A stretch of DNA of 64,000 nt from Polyangiaceae bacterium (lineage in GTDB: Bacteria; Myxococcota_A; Polyangia; Polyangiales; Polyangiaceae). A program made the translations under genes and the position numbers. A model generated the notes under the pieces. The model worked only from the letters and a program-made list of their open reading frames with translations, ran no database searches and was not told where the DNA came from. The stretch is from positions 1,120,001 through 1,184,000 of the forward strand of contig CBDCTZ010000015.1 in the NCBI GenBank assembly GCA_965222375.1, read 5' to 3'. Within the stretch, counting starts at the first letter, position 1, and every line of letters begins with the position of its first letter. Positions 20,435 through 30,644 of the stretch are shown here, piece by piece.

Positions 20435-21814
20435 TCAATTGCCCCGGGGCAAGCGATTCGCCAGAACGCCAGCTTTGTCGAGCCCTGTTGCGTTTTCTTC
20501 CGCGATGCACCGAAAGTCATTCGAGATGCGCTCGTGGCGGGCTACACGATGCCAGAACTCTTCTGCTGCCTCGGTTGCCTCTACCCAGGCGTCTCCCTCG
20601 CTCGGATCGGGCAACGCCATCTCGAGGCGGCGGGGCGGCAGGTTGCCTTGTTGGGGCGCGTACAACATCGGCACCATGTCGTAGGCGGGGGCGACACCGA
20701 CAATACGATGCCCACGAGAGAAGAACGACAGATTGCCCAGGTGCATGTCCGTGTTTCCAATCTGTCGCCCAAACCATTGTAAGAAGCGCACTTGCTCCGC
20801 CGCAGACCCGTCCACCATCCCTTGCTTAGCCAGCTCCTTCACCACCGAAACCCATGAAGTCGCTCCTCCAACGAACTCGGCGTCCAGCGTTTCGGCCGAA
20901 ATCAAGCCACGGCGGCCTCCAATGGGCGTTCGATCGAAGCGAGTCACCTCCAGAAACACCTGGACGTCGGCAAACACGAGTTCGGATTCCGCAGCAGCCC
21001 TGCCCCGCCCGCGCAGGACCTCCAGCGCCAAGTGCTCGGCAATGAGCAGGTCCGCGAATCGCCGGGCGATTTCGTTTTCGCTCCGCGGTGAGAACTTCAC
21101 GAGAACTTCGCGCCCACCCGCCTCGACAGATGTCAGGAACTTTGGCTGCTCGCCACCTGCCGAAGAACCGGGCGTGGCGCTGACTAGCATGTCCACGGCA
21201 AGCCTCGGGTATGCCGCGCTTCTCTCTCCTTGTGCCACTCGCTTGGGAGGACGCAGCGTGCGCTCCAGATACAAAGCGAATGCCTCGTCCCCAACGATCA
21301 AATTGCCTGGCAGATTCCAGGCGTAGCGCGTCAGATAGCGCAAGCATTGGTCACCGGACCACAGCCGAACGTCCGAAGGCAGCCGCAGCTCCGGGTGTTG
21401 CCTGGGGACGATTCGACCCAGGAACCCTTGCGGTCGCAGATCGTTCAAGAAGTAGGGCAAGTCGGCGTGGCTGCCTGAATCCACGTCTTCAACCACCGCT
21501 TCTACCTGATATCCCTCAGCCGCAATGGGGTGGAGGTTGGCAACCCTGCGCGAAGTAGCGTCTTCGTTGATTTCGTAGATCGGTACCGGCGCCTGCACGT
21601 CCGCTACGACCCGACGGAGCGAGTAGCGGGTTGCACGACCTCGCCCCGACACGAGCAGTTCATCTCGGTGGGCAGCGGCGATGCGCGAGAACGACGGCTG
21701 CGAAATCCCGGCCGCGTGCGCCAACTCGGTGCCGGAACTCGAGCCCTCCCGCAGCAGGGAGCGCGAGATCGCGTCCCAGGTTGCTTCCAGATCGAGCTTC
21801 GGCTCCTTTGGCAT
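20435..21814 (-). CDS. yjjJ: HipA-family kinase toxin YjjJ with N-terminal HTH
   Basis: GISQPSFSR HTH, GRGRATRY, DLRPQGFLGR, GSSAGGEQPKF, VKFSP, IGNTDMHLGN, PAYDMVPM. Confidence 0.9.
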   Translation of the reverse strand: MPKEPKLDLEATWDAISRSLLREGSSSGTELAHAAGISQPSFSRIAAAHRDELLVSGRGRATRYSLRRVVADVQAPVPIYEINEDATSRRVANLHPIAAEGYQVEAVVEDVDSGSHADLPYFLNDLRPQGFLGRIVPRQHPELRLPSDVRLWSGDQCLRYLTRYAWNLPGNLIVGDEAFALYLERTLRPPKRVAQGERSAAYPRLAVDMLVSATPGSSAGGEQPKFLTSVEAGGREVLVKFSPRSENEIARRFADLLIAEHLALEVLRGRGRAAAESELVFADVQVFLEVTRFDRTPIGGRRGLISAETLDAEFVGGATSWVSVVKELAKQGMVDGSAAEQVRFLQWFGRQIGNTDMHLGNLSFFSRGHRIVGVAPAYDMVPMLYAPQQGNLPPRRLEMALPDPSEGDAWVEATEAAEEFWHRVARHERISNDFRCIAEENATGLDKAGVLANRLPRGN

Positions 21815-21893
21815 TATAGAATATATAATAACATGCTAAATACCGTCTAGAATGGCAAATTTTACGGGGATATTGGCAAGATCGATTGCATTT

Positions 21894-22295
21894 TTAGAAT
21901 GAATATCTGTAACGACTCAGCCGGGAAGCGAAGGCGATTCGCCCCTGCCCCACGTGGCTCTCGTCTTGCTCGAACTGCCCCGCAGTCACCTTCACCTGGC
22001 AATGGCTGCAGTGCCCGGCTGCCTTGGTGGCCAGAGGCCCGCCGCAGTTGGGGCACACGAGATCGGTACGTGCCTTAGCCCCGCTTTGACCGACACTGCG
22101 CGCGCCTTGCCACTCTGCGCCCGCTTGAAGATGACGACGGGGTTCGGCGCGGGCTTGGACGAACCCGACGAGCCCGAGGACGAGCGCGACGACGATGAAC
22201 GCGAGGACGACCAGCTGGAGGATGCAGAGGAATCCGAGCTTGGTGAACGCGCTCAGCGTGCGCAGCGGAGCCATTTCGCGTTTCCGCCCCATCAT
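21894..22295 (-). CDS. Small membrane protein with zinc ribbon
   Basis: One long hydrophobic helix and CPNCGG...CSHC. Confidence 0.5.
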   Translation of the reverse strand: MMGRKREMAPLRTLSAFTKLGFLCILQLVVLAFIVVALVLGLVGFVQARAEPRRHLQAGAEWQGARSVGQSGAKARTDLVCPNCGGPLATKAAGHCSHCQVKVTAGQFEQDESHVGQGRIAFASRLSRYRYSF

Positions 22296-22350
22296 GTCAC
22301 CGCATCCGGCAATTCCTTGTGCAAAGTCAGCTTCGCTGTGCCACTAGATT

Positions 22351-22366
22351 GGGCACGACCGTTGCT
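22351..22366 (+). promoter_or_regulatory. Sigma54 (-24/-12) promoter candidate for 22437..23264
   Basis: gGGCACgaccgTTGCt with GG-N10-GC spacing, about 70 bp upstream of the ATG. Confidence 0.65.
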
Positions 22367-22436
22367 GTGCAATAGAGGCGCGCAGCCTCGTCAGCGCGGC
22401 TCCCGCAATCTCTAGCCAGGCCAAGGAGGACAGATC

Positions 22437-23264
22437 ATGCCCAGTTTCGCCAATGATTCGGCGCCCCTACGCGGAGGCTTGCTCGTGGCGGGGGCGATCC
22501 TGGTTGTGGCCTGCGGCGGCCGCGACACCCTCGACGACCAGGATTTTGGTGGCACGGGTGGCACACCTGCAAGCGGCGGAGGCGCGAACGCCGGGAGCGG
22601 TGGCTTCGGCGCAACGGGCGGACTCGGTGCGACGGGTGGCCTCGGCGCAACAGGCGGCGTCGGTGCCACTGGCGGCTCCGGTGCAACAGGCGGCTCTGGC
22701 GCCACTGGCGGCTTTGGTGCCACTGGCGGCTTCGGCGCAACCGGCGGCTTTGGTGCAACCGGTGGCTTTGGTGCCACTGGCGGATTCGGCGCAACCGGCG
22801 CAACCGGTGGCTTCGGCGCGACCGGTGGCTTTGGTGCCACCGGTGGCTTTGGTGCCACTGGCGGCTTTGGTGCCACTGGCGGCTTTGGTGCCACTGGCGG
22901 CTTCGGCGCAACCGGCGGCTTTGGTGCAACCGGTGGCTTTGGTGCCACTGGCGGCTTCGGCGCAACCGGCGGGTTCGGTGGAACCGGCGGCAGCCCGCTG
23001 AATTGCGTGCTGTGCATCGCCCAGAATTGCCCCGCGGCGCAACAGTGCTTCGCCGATCCCAAGTGCCTCAACGGCACAGCCTGCGCAGTGCAGAACTGTT
23101 TCATCGGTGGCAGCCCTGACTTGAACTGCGCCCTGACCAAATGCTTCAACGGCGACATCAACACCGCCCTCAAAGCCCTCCAAGCCTACCAATGCGTCGC
23201 CTCAGCCTGCGGTCCCCAATGCGCAGTGGGCTTCGCGTCATCGGGATCTGCGGGGCCAAACTAG
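22437..23264 (+). CDS. Lipoprotein with long GGFGAT repeat linker and Cys-rich C-terminal domain
   Basis: LVVAC lipobox; GGFGAT-type hexapeptide tract; SD aggagg. Confidence 0.8.
   Translation: MPSFANDSAPLRGGLLVAGAILVVACGGRDTLDDQDFGGTGGTPASGGGANAGSGGFGATGGLGATGGLGATGGVGATGGSGATGGSGATGGFGATGGFGATGGFGATGGFGATGGFGATGATGGFGATGGFGATGGFGATGGFGATGGFGATGGFGATGGFGATGGFGATGGFGATGGFGGTGGSPLNCVLCIAQNCPAAQQCFADPKCLNGTACAVQNCFIGGSPDLNCALTKCFNGDINTALKALQAYQCVASACGPQCAVGFASSGSAGPN
22599..22991 (+). repeat. Coding 18-bp minisatellite (about 21 GGFGAT-type units)
   Basis: ggcggctttggtgccact-like units read directly. Confidence 0.9.
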
Positions 23265-23932
23265 TCCGCCGGTCCGCGCCCCACCCAAAGGCCGCGCCGG
23301 CGCGCGTGACGCGACCGCCGGCGCGCCATCGCCAAGCCCAAGACAGACAGGAAGAAGAGTGTGATGGGGCCACCCCGGGCGCTCTGGTTGGAGTCGACGG
23401 AGCAGCTCCTGCTGCAACTCTTGCTGCAGCTGAAACCGGACCCGGAACCCAGAGGCAAGGGTGGTGGGCGATTGTTGATCTTGCCGTCGGCGCCCCGCGG
23501 CATCGCGGCCATGTTCACGCCTGCGGCGAGACACACTTTCGCTGGACGGCACTGTCCCGTGGCGCACTTCTCCGCGCCGGCGCAGGCGTTCACGGGACTC
23601 CAATACTTGTGCTCCTTGCCCCGGCGGTCCGTGGAGGTGACGAACTCGTGGCAGAGGGATGCGGTGCGACAGGTATGGCCAGGCTCCGTGCAACCGGAAT
23701 CATCGATGCACACCGCTGGGGCGCAATAGCCGCCGACGTATCCTCGCCAACCGGGTGGACAGTTCGTTGGGGCCTTGTCCGCGCAGCGCGGTCCTGCATG
23801 GCTGGTTTCCGGGACCTTGCCCGGTGGGCACACCTTCGGCGCGGGCGGAACTGCGTCGGCACCAGCACGGGCCGGCACCAACGACGCATACGCGAAGGCA
23901 GCAATGAGTAGCAGATTGCGCAACGCGGCCAT
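23261..23932 (-). CDS. Secreted Cys-rich protein with MYXO-CTERM-like tail
   Basis: Signal peptide ending A-G-A-D; tail CSVD...[19 protein letters not shown]. Confidence 0.7.
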   Translation of the reverse strand: MAALRNLLLIAAFAYASLVPARAGADAVPPAPKVCPPGKVPETSHAGPRCADKAPTNCPPGWRGYVGGYCAPAVCIDDSGCTEPGHTCRTASLCHEFVTSTDRRGKEHKYWSPVNACAGAEKCATGQCRPAKVCLAAGVNMAAMPRGADGKINNRPPPLPLGSGSGFSCSKSCSRSCSVDSNQSARGGPITLFFLSVLGLAMARRRSRHARRRGLWVGRGPAD

Positions 23933-24034
23933 GGTCGGATTGCGTGGCGCTGATGTCCACACCTAGATCACGAGGCCTGGGCTGGAAGCGGCCGCGCTTC
24001 GGCATCCGCCATTCCTCCGCGCCCACGCTTCACC

Positions 24035-24661
24035 TCAGTCTTCACCCTCCGAATAGGTCTTCTTGAACGCCGGGCGCTCCGCTAAACGCTGGTAGTAGGA
24101 CTGCAGCGGCGCCGCGTCGCTCAGGCCGTCGACTTTGTGGGCCCAGTGCAAACTGCTGCCGATCATGATGTCGGCCGCCGAGAAGCTGTCGCCCAGAATG
24201 TAGGGCCTCTTGGCCAGTGCCGGATCGAGCGCGACTCGAGATTTGGCCAAATCATCCAGCGCTACCTGATTGCGCTGGGCGGCGTCGGGCTTGTCTTTGA
24301 AGAACCAATGCGCAGCGAAGAGTTTGGTGCAGGCCTGCTCCAGGTTGGTCGCGGCAAAGAAGATCCACTGGTAACATAGTGCCCGCGCAGCGGAATCGCG
24401 CGGTGGCAAGATCTTGCCCTCACCGTACTTCTCCGCCAGGAACAACACCGCCGCGCCGGACTCCCAGAACTGCGCGTCGCCATCCTCGATCACGGGCACT
24501 TTTCCCAGCGGGTGCTTGGCCTTGTGCTCTGCCTCCTGGCCACCGCCGGAGAACAGCGCGATGGTGACGCGCTGGTAGGGCACCTCCAACTCGTTGAGCA
24601 CCCAGCGCGGTCGACAGTCCCGCGTCCAATTCATCGTACTGCCCGTGATCTTGATCGTCAT
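24035..24661 (-). CDS. Glutathione S-transferase family protein
   Basis: HPLGKVPVIEDG, WESGA, YILGDSFSAADI, RLAERPAF. Confidence 0.93.
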   Translation of the reverse strand: MTIKITGSTMNWTRDCRPRWVLNELEVPYQRVTIALFSGGGQEAEHKAKHPLGKVPVIEDGDAQFWESGAAVLFLAEKYGEGKILPPRDSAARALCYQWIFFAATNLEQACTKLFAAHWFFKDKPDAAQRNQVALDDLAKSRVALDPALAKRPYILGDSFSAADIMIGSSLHWAHKVDGLSDAAPLQSYYQRLAERPAFKKTYSEGED

Positions 24662-24958
24662 GTTCCCTGCTCCTGAGAAGTCGAGTTCGGGCTCGACCGG
24701 GGATGAGACATGAATGTACGGCCCGCGGGGCGAGGTCAATCCCAAGACACAGGATCGCCGCACTCGGGGCAAAGGCTCGGGTAGAGCTGCGCAACGGACC
24801 TAGTCTTCGATGACCCCTGCGCACTTGGGCTCGAGTGCATCTCAGGCAAGTGCAAGACGCCACTATCCAATTGTGAGTAGCAACCTCCGCAGATACGCTG
24901 GCGAGCGTCTCCCACCGCGACTGTGCGCACCCTCGGGCCGTGTGATAGAGCCGATCCC

Positions 24959-25846
24959 ATGATGACTTCTTGGCTTCGCTCGGTGGGTTTGGTTGCTGCG
25001 ATTGGGGCGGGAGGCGCGTGTTCGTCTTCTGGCTCGGGTGGCGGCGTCGTAGATGGCGGACCCGGCGGCGCGGGTGGTGTTGGAGCCACGGGAGGTGCCG
25101 GAGCTACGGGCGGTGGCGGCACCGGCGGTCAAAGCGACTCCGGCGTGTGCAAAATCGATGGCCAGATATGTGCGGCCTTCGGGGAATGCTGCACAGGCAC
25201 CTGCACCCAGGGGCGGTGCGGAGGCGTGGCGTGTGTGGCCGACGGCGGCAGTTGCACTGTGTTCGGCGATTGCTGCAACGGTAGCTGCGTGCAGGGCACC
25301 TGCGGCGGCGGAGCCGATGCTGGTCCGGGCTATCCGCCTGGCCCCTATGGCGTCAACGTCGGTGACATCATCGAAAACACGAGCTTCGACGGTTTCGGTG
25401 GTGGCCAAACAAACCAACTGAAGACGATCAGCCTCGGGGACTTTTACAACCCCACCGACGCAGCACAGAAGCCCCGGCTCCTCGTGTTGGCCATGAAGGC
25501 GATGTGGGCCTCGCCCGCCGTGGTGCAAGCTGAGAAGCTGAACTACGTCTTTTGGAACGGCAGCAATCGCGTCGAATTCCTCAGCGTGTTCTCGGACGGA
25601 CAGAGTTCGGGAATCGCAGCGACGAAGGACGAACTGAAGTTCTGGGTCACGGCTTTCTCAGTGGCTCATCCGGTCGCCCTCGATCCTAACTTCTCCAAGC
25701 TGAGCGCATTATTCGCGGTCGGCGGCGCCGCCGTCCCCTACAACGTCTACATAGACACCCGCACGATGAAGATCGTGGAGCAGCAGGCGGGCGGGCAGGA
25801 GTTCGACACGACCAACAGCGTGCTCAACGGCCTGCTGGGCTCGTGA
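24959..25846 (+). CDS. Lipoprotein with Cys-knot-like repeats and a redoxin-fold domain lacking CxxC
   Basis: Two CxxxxxxCxxxxxCCxxxCxxxxC repeats; YPPGPYG...GDIIEN; AMWASPA; VPYNVYIDTRTMKI. Confidence 0.72.
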   Translation: MMTSWLRSVGLVAAIGAGGACSSSGSGGGVVDGGPGGAGGVGATGGAGATGGGGTGGQSDSGVCKIDGQICAAFGECCTGTCTQGRCGGVACVADGGSCTVFGDCCNGSCVQGTCGGGADAGPGYPPGPYGVNVGDIIENTSFDGFGGGQTNQLKTISLGDFYNPTDAAQKPRLLVLAMKAMWASPAVVQAEKLNYVFWNGSNRVEFLSVFSDGQSSGIAATKDELKFWVTAFSVAHPVALDPNFSKLSALFAVGGAAVPYNVYIDTRTMKIVEQQAGGQEFDTTNSVLNGLLGS

Positions 25847-26187
25847 GCCGACGCACCCGAGGCTAGAAGGGCGCAAGCTCAACCGCGCAGGCGGACTCGT
25901 CTGTGCCTTGAGGACATTTACGGAAAAGTGGATCGATGGACGGGAACATCCAATCGGTTTCGCCATCGACCGAGAGCAGGCTGGCCAGGCCCCCGTTCGG
26001 CGTGGCATTCGACGAAGAGTCCTCGGTGAAGCCCAACACAACCTCGCGGGCCAGACCGTCGGAGCAGTTGCCCGAGATCCGCCGTGCATCCCGACGCCGT
26101 CAGGATAGTCCGGCCATTGGCGCCGCGCCAGACACGCCACCGATTAGGCCAATTGATCGGCCGCGCGAAATGCGCCACCGTTGGGCT

Positions 26188-26407
26188 GTGCAGGATACTT
26201 CTGGCGCGACGCCGATACTTTGAGCTGTTGCGGCGCCAATCGCCGGCTCAGAAGCTCCGCACCGTGGTCGCCCTGACCAACGCCGCTCGACGGATGGCGA
26301 TCGCAGGGATCCGCGAGCAATACCCGGACGCATCTCCGGAGCAGGAACGACGCTTGCCCGCAGAGCGTCTCTACGCTGAGCAAGGAGCCGCAGTTTTCGG
26401 TTCATGA
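26188..26407 (+). pseudogene. Small putative antitoxin-like protein, probably frameshifted
   Basis: VQDTS in one frame, then ARRRYFELLRRQSPAQKLR...AGIREQYPDAS in another; this resembles small genes that precede nucleotidyltransferases. Confidence 0.45.
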
Positions 26408-26682
26408 GCCCACGGATGAGCGACGACGACGTGCTTGGGATCGCGCTTCGGGTCGCGCGAGCCATCGAAGAGGCGGGAGGCCAGTACTTCGTGGGCGGTA
26501 GTCTCGCGAGCAGTCTGGACGGAGATCCGCGCACCACAAACGACGTCGACTTCGTGGTGGATATGCCGCTCGGGCGAGTTGCCGCGTTGAGAGAAGCCCT
26601 AGGCGCAGACTTTGAAGTCGACGTGGACGTGCTGCGCGCGACGCTGCACGGCGGGGGCTGTGCGGGGGCGAAGCGACCACGC
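26404..26682 (+). pseudogene. Nucleotidyltransferase N-terminal fragment
   Basis: YFVGGSLASS...PRTTNDVDFVV (GS + DxD motifs), cut off where the sulfatase copy begins. Confidence 0.75.
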
Positions 26683-26683
26683 C

Positions 26684-27875
26684 TCAGTAACGCTGCCCCG
26701 GGGGCGCACCCTTCAGGGTGGCGCCGCCAACGACGGGCATCACTTTGACTTGGCCCCAGAGCTCTTTGTCGAGGGCGCGCATGCGGCGGAAGACTTCGCG
26801 CTCTTTGACGTGGAGCTCTTTCTTCTCTTTGTAGTCTTTGCCGGCGTTGAAGAGTTGGAAGCCGCGGTTGTCGCCGTACACGACCAGCTTGTAGTCACCG
26901 TCGATGATGGCGCGACGTTTGTCCATCAGGTTGCCGCGAGGCAAATCCACAATGACGGGCCGCGGTTTGACTTCGGCGCCGAAGACCTCGGGCACGAGGC
27001 TCACGCCTCTATAACCTTCGACGGAAAGCGACATCAGCTCGGCCATGGTGGGAGCCAGATCGATCGCGCCCCGCGGCGCTTCGATGCGGCGGGGCTTGGC
27101 GCCGGGCACGTGGATGATCAGCGGGACGCGAACCAAGCTCTCCCAGACTTCGTAGGCATGACGGTAGTGACCGCGCTCGCCGAAGCCCTCGCCGTGATCC
27201 GCCGTGATGATCACCACGGTATTCTTGCCCCAGGGCTGCGCCTGCGCCCAATCCACCAGATTGCCCACCCAGCGATCCGTGTAGTGGACCTCGTTGTCGT
27301 AGAGATCGCGCCGCTTGTTGCCGAAGTCCGGCGACTCCTTGTGCTTCACGTAGCGGTAGTGCGGATCGAGGAAATGGAAGTAGGCGAAGAAGGTGCGCTT
27401 GCCGGTGGCGTCGACGTTCTTCGGGTCCGACAACATCTCTTTGGCTAGGACATTGAGGCGATCACTGTTCACGTCATGCACGCCTGTCTTGTCCAAAAAC
27501 GTGCCTTTCAACAAACGGTAGTCATCGAAGCCTTGATTCACGCCGAAGGGCGCCAAGAAGTAGCCGTGGCCGTTTCCGGTCAGAGTGCGCACGCCTTTGG
27601 CCTGAGCGCGCTCGCTGATCAGTTCGTTTTCCGGATACCAACGCGTGAAGAAGCGGCCGTCGCGCTTCATTTCGCTCGGGTACCTGCCGCACAGCATGGG
27701 TACGACACTGTTCGCCGTATAACTGCTGAGAGAGTACGCGCGCGGGTAGAGGGTGGAGCGCTCAGCGAACTTGGTGAGCCAGGGCGCGATGTCCCGTGGG
27801 TATCCCGCCCAGGGCATATCCGCGCGAAGCGCGTCGATGGTGATCAATAGGACGTTGTAGGGCGGGTTTGGTTTT
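26684..27875 (-). pseudogene. 5'-truncated duplicate of the sulfatase at 35383-36765
   Basis: Near-identical to 35383-36574 (offset 8699); lacks the signal peptide. Confidence 0.93.
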
Positions 27876-27877
27876 CT

Positions 27878-27986
27878 CAAATCGCCCGTCGTTCCAGCGT
27901 GAGTGAAACAACTAGATCGTGGAACGGAGGTTACGTGAACTTCCGCCGTCGTATCTGCCCGCGGACGCTTTGGTCGGCTTAGACTC
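27878..27986. repeat. 109-bp duplicate of 34859-34967
   Basis: caaatcgcccgtcgttccagcg...ggcttagactc at both loci (offset 6981). Confidence 0.93.
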
Positions 27987-28152
27987 TGCAGCCTTTGCGG
28001 CGCTTATTGCAGAACAAGAACAAGTCGCCGCTGAGCGGGTCACGTCTCAAACCCGTCTGCACGAGACCAAAGAGCCCGTCGTATCCCTTTCTGAGATCGA
28101 CGGGCTCCGGGTACGCGAAAACGCGTACCGCACGACTGGTGCCAAGGATCAT
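27979..28152 (-). pseudogene. tnpB: IS66 TnpB accessory protein, N-terminal fragment
   Basis: Manual translation: MILGTSRAVRVFAYPEPVDLRKGYDGLFGLVQTGLRRDPLSGDLFLFCNKRRKGCRV*. Confidence 0.88.
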
Positions 28153-28574
28153 TCAAGCGCTCGCAACAGATCGGCGGCCTGCGCTGCGCTCAGCCCGCTG
28201 GCGCGCCAGATCGTGACCGAGACCGACCCCCCGGCAACGCTGAGCGCGTCGTCGACCACCCGCACCGGCACGACCTTGCGTTTGGAACTTCTTCGCGGCG
28301 GCTGCCCGACACACCAGCGCCGCACCGTGTCCAAAGCAACGCCGAGCTCCAGGGCGAGCTCTGGCCAAGACTGCCCCGCTGCGTGGCGCGGACGCGCCCA
28401 CTGCACCACCCGCTCTCGCAATTCCGCTGAATATCGCTTCCCACGCCGCTGTCCCCCCTGCGCCAAGTCACGTTTCAAAGCTTCAAATTCGTCCGTCATC
28501 TGCCACCGTCCTTTCGACGGCGACGCCAGCACGATCACCCGCCTACGTCACGGCGGGGCAGGCAGAGCACTTAC
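27987..28574 (-). mobile_element. Truncated IS66-family element (left end, tnpA, partial tnpB)
   Basis: Left end GTAAGTG at 28574; tnpA-like ORF overlapping a tnpB start; no tnpC. Confidence 0.85.
28149..28499 (-). CDS. tnpA: IS66 TnpA-like HTH protein
   Basis: RYSAELRERVV...ELGVALDTVRRW...VVPVRVV; overlaps the tnpB start. Confidence 0.8.
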   Translation of the reverse strand: MTDEFEALKRDLAQGGQRRGKRYSAELRERVVQWARPRHAAGQSWPELALELGVALDTVRRWCVGQPPRRSSKRKVVPVRVVDDALSVAGGSVSVTIWRASGLSAAQAADLLRALE

Positions 28575-28866
28575 GGTCAATAAGTGCAGGCGGACGACGG
28601 AGTGGAGAGCACTTGCGCTCGATAGCCTTCAGAGCGACGCGATACTGGCGCGCTCCACAGGCGTGCGGCAAGCGCATCAGTCGCCCAATGGGGTAGCGCA
28701 GGCGCCCAGAAACTAGGTCACTTGCGTTTCGCTTTTGCGACTGTTTCGCAAGAGGAAGAAGCGGCCGGCCCGTGGGGAGCCAGGTCGCCAGGTCTACTAG
28801 CGCCCCAGGGGCCGGAGACGACGGCGCACTCGGAGGCTCATGAACGACCTACGTCGAGCGCAGGGG

Positions 28867-29283
28867 CTACATCTGCTCCAACTTGAACTCAACGTGGTCC
28901 TGAACGATTGGTTGCCCGCACTCTGGCTCATACTCGACGTGGACGCTGCTTGTGGCAGGGAAGTAGCCAGGTGCTGTTACCTCGACCTCGTAGTCTGCGT
29001 GCCTGTCCGCGTTGACGAGAACAGTCCCACAGTCGCACACGAACACACCGGGGTCGGTGCAAACGATGGTCTTCTCGTAGGTTCCAGCTGTGATGTGAAG
29101 CGTGATGTCGCAAATCTGCATTCCTGTTTTGGAGTCAAGTACATCCACCACGAAGTTGGCGATTCCCCCACCCGAACAATCCTCTCCGCTGTCACATGCT
29201 GGGCCTGCGGCAGCTAGCGAGAGCGCTAGCAGGACTCTGCTGAGATGGTGTCCTCGCGATGCAGTACGCGAAAGTTTGGTCAC
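28867..29283 (-). CDS. Small Cys-containing lipoprotein
   Basis: GTGA overlap with the upstream stop; VLLALSLAAAGPAC; YEVEVTAPGY (PEGA/carboxypeptidase-regulatory-like). Confidence 0.6.
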   Translation of the reverse strand: MTKLSRTASRGHHLSRVLLALSLAAAGPACDSGEDCSGGGIANFVVDVLDSKTGMQICDITLHITAGTYEKTIVCTDPGVFVCDCGTVLVNADRHADYEVEVTAPGYFPATSSVHVEYEPECGQPIVQDHVEFKLEQM

Positions 29284-30641
29284 GGCACCGTCTGCGCAAA
29301 GCTCGAGATCTGATTTAGGTCGTATTCCACAATCTGGTCGAAAAGCTGGGATGGTTGCCCAAAACCCGGCGTGGCGTCGGCGACCACCAGTGTGGAGCTC
29401 GAAATGCCCAACGGAGTTCGAAAGTGTCCGGGCGGAGTTGGGATCGTCCAGAGCGCGTTCGTGTCGAGGTTCGCCACCAGCACGCTTGACACCCCGTTGC
29501 CGTACATCGTCACCCACTTCCCAGCGGCGAATAGCGGATGAGGCGTGTACTTTAGCGGGAGCTTTGGCCCTGCTTTGGGCACGATCTGGTCAGGATCCAG
29601 CTTCAGGTCGGACCAGTAGAGCTGTGCCGTGGAGTAGTCGGAACCCGGTAGCGCGCTGCCAGTCGCACCGACCCAGACAACGCGATCGTCTGTCGCTGCA
29701 TGCTGGACGACATGATAGCTGGCCTGGAGGAGCGTTCGTGCCCCACCTTGCTTGGTCCAGACCGCGGTGCTCGCGGTTGGGCCGCTCCAGTCCCGCCATA
29801 GAACTGCTTGTCCCACGCCGCGGGGGTGTTCCAGCGGCCCCGGGCTGCTGTACACGGTCGAGAACGCCGTCGAGGTAGTGTCAATTGAGACGCCGATCAC
29901 AGAAGACGCTGCAATGTGGCCCCAGCCTCCGACAAGATCGAAGTAGCGACTGCCCAGCTTGTGCGTTGGACTTGCGAAGACCACGCTGGATGACAACGTT
30001 TGGCCCAGAGTGGCCTGCCCGTCGTTCTGCAGGAGCTGAAACACCGAGGTGTGATTCCTCGAGAATGACATGGTGCAGTCGTCACCGTAGTTTCGGACGA
30101 TGCTCACTGGCTTCCACGAGGGGACTTCCAGTGCAGCAACCCAGCCTGCGCCTGGTGGTAGCCTCACTCCAGCCGCGAGGTAGATCGTTAGCGCCCCCTT
30201 GGTCGTCCGGCTGCCGGACCCGATGCGATTGGCCCCTTTCCAAGGAGCGTCCGGACCATTGACAGCCGCAGCTCGGCGGCACCCTGTGCCGCAGCTTGTC
30301 CACGAAAAACCAGGCCACTTCAGCTTGGTCACCTCCCCCACACGCACGTCGCAACTGGGCTGTGTTAGCACCGCTTTCCAGGCGTTATCAAAGAGCCATT
30401 GATACCCCGGTGCATCCACGTCGATTTGCGCGTCCGTGAGAGGACCCGTCCCACTGTCTTTGGCGGAAGCGTCTGAAGGAGCATCCGCTGGGGAGCCGTC
30501 CTTGGTCAGCAGCCCGTCCAAGGTAGCATCGTGGCTTCCGCTGTCAGACTCGCCGCTGGTGGGACCGCCAGAGCATCCCGACCGCGAACAGGCGGACGCG
30601 AGCAAGAGCATAGCGAGCGTCGCGTCGCGAGCTCGCTTCAC
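29280..30641 (-). CDS. Hypothetical lipoprotein, beta-rich
   Basis: LLLASAC lipobox; 453-aa ORF in an operon-like arrangement. Confidence 0.7.
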   Translation of the reverse strand: MKRARDATLAMLLLASACSRSGCSGGPTSGESDSGSHDATLDGLLTKDGSPADAPSDASAKDSGTGPLTDAQIDVDAPGYQWLFDNAWKAVLTQPSCDVRVGEVTKLKWPGFSWTSCGTGCRRAAAVNGPDAPWKGANRIGSGSRTTKGALTIYLAAGVRLPPGAGWVAALEVPSWKPVSIVRNYGDDCTMSFSRNHTSVFQLLQNDGQATLGQTLSSSVVFASPTHKLGSRYFDLVGGWGHIAASSVIGVSIDTTSTAFSTVYSSPGPLEHPRGVGQAVLWRDWSGPTASTAVWTKQGGARTLLQASYHVVQHAATDDRVVWVGATGSALPGSDYSTAQLYWSDLKLDPDQIVPKAGPKLPLKYTPHPLFAAGKWVTMYGNGVSSVLVANLDTNALWTIPTPPGHFRTPLGISSSTLVVADATPGFGQPSQLFDQIVEYDLNQISSFAQTVP

Positions 30642-30644
30642 GCG

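Noticed and set aside
25860..26100. Minus-strand coding fragment
   Set aside because: No start codon and no recognisable motif.
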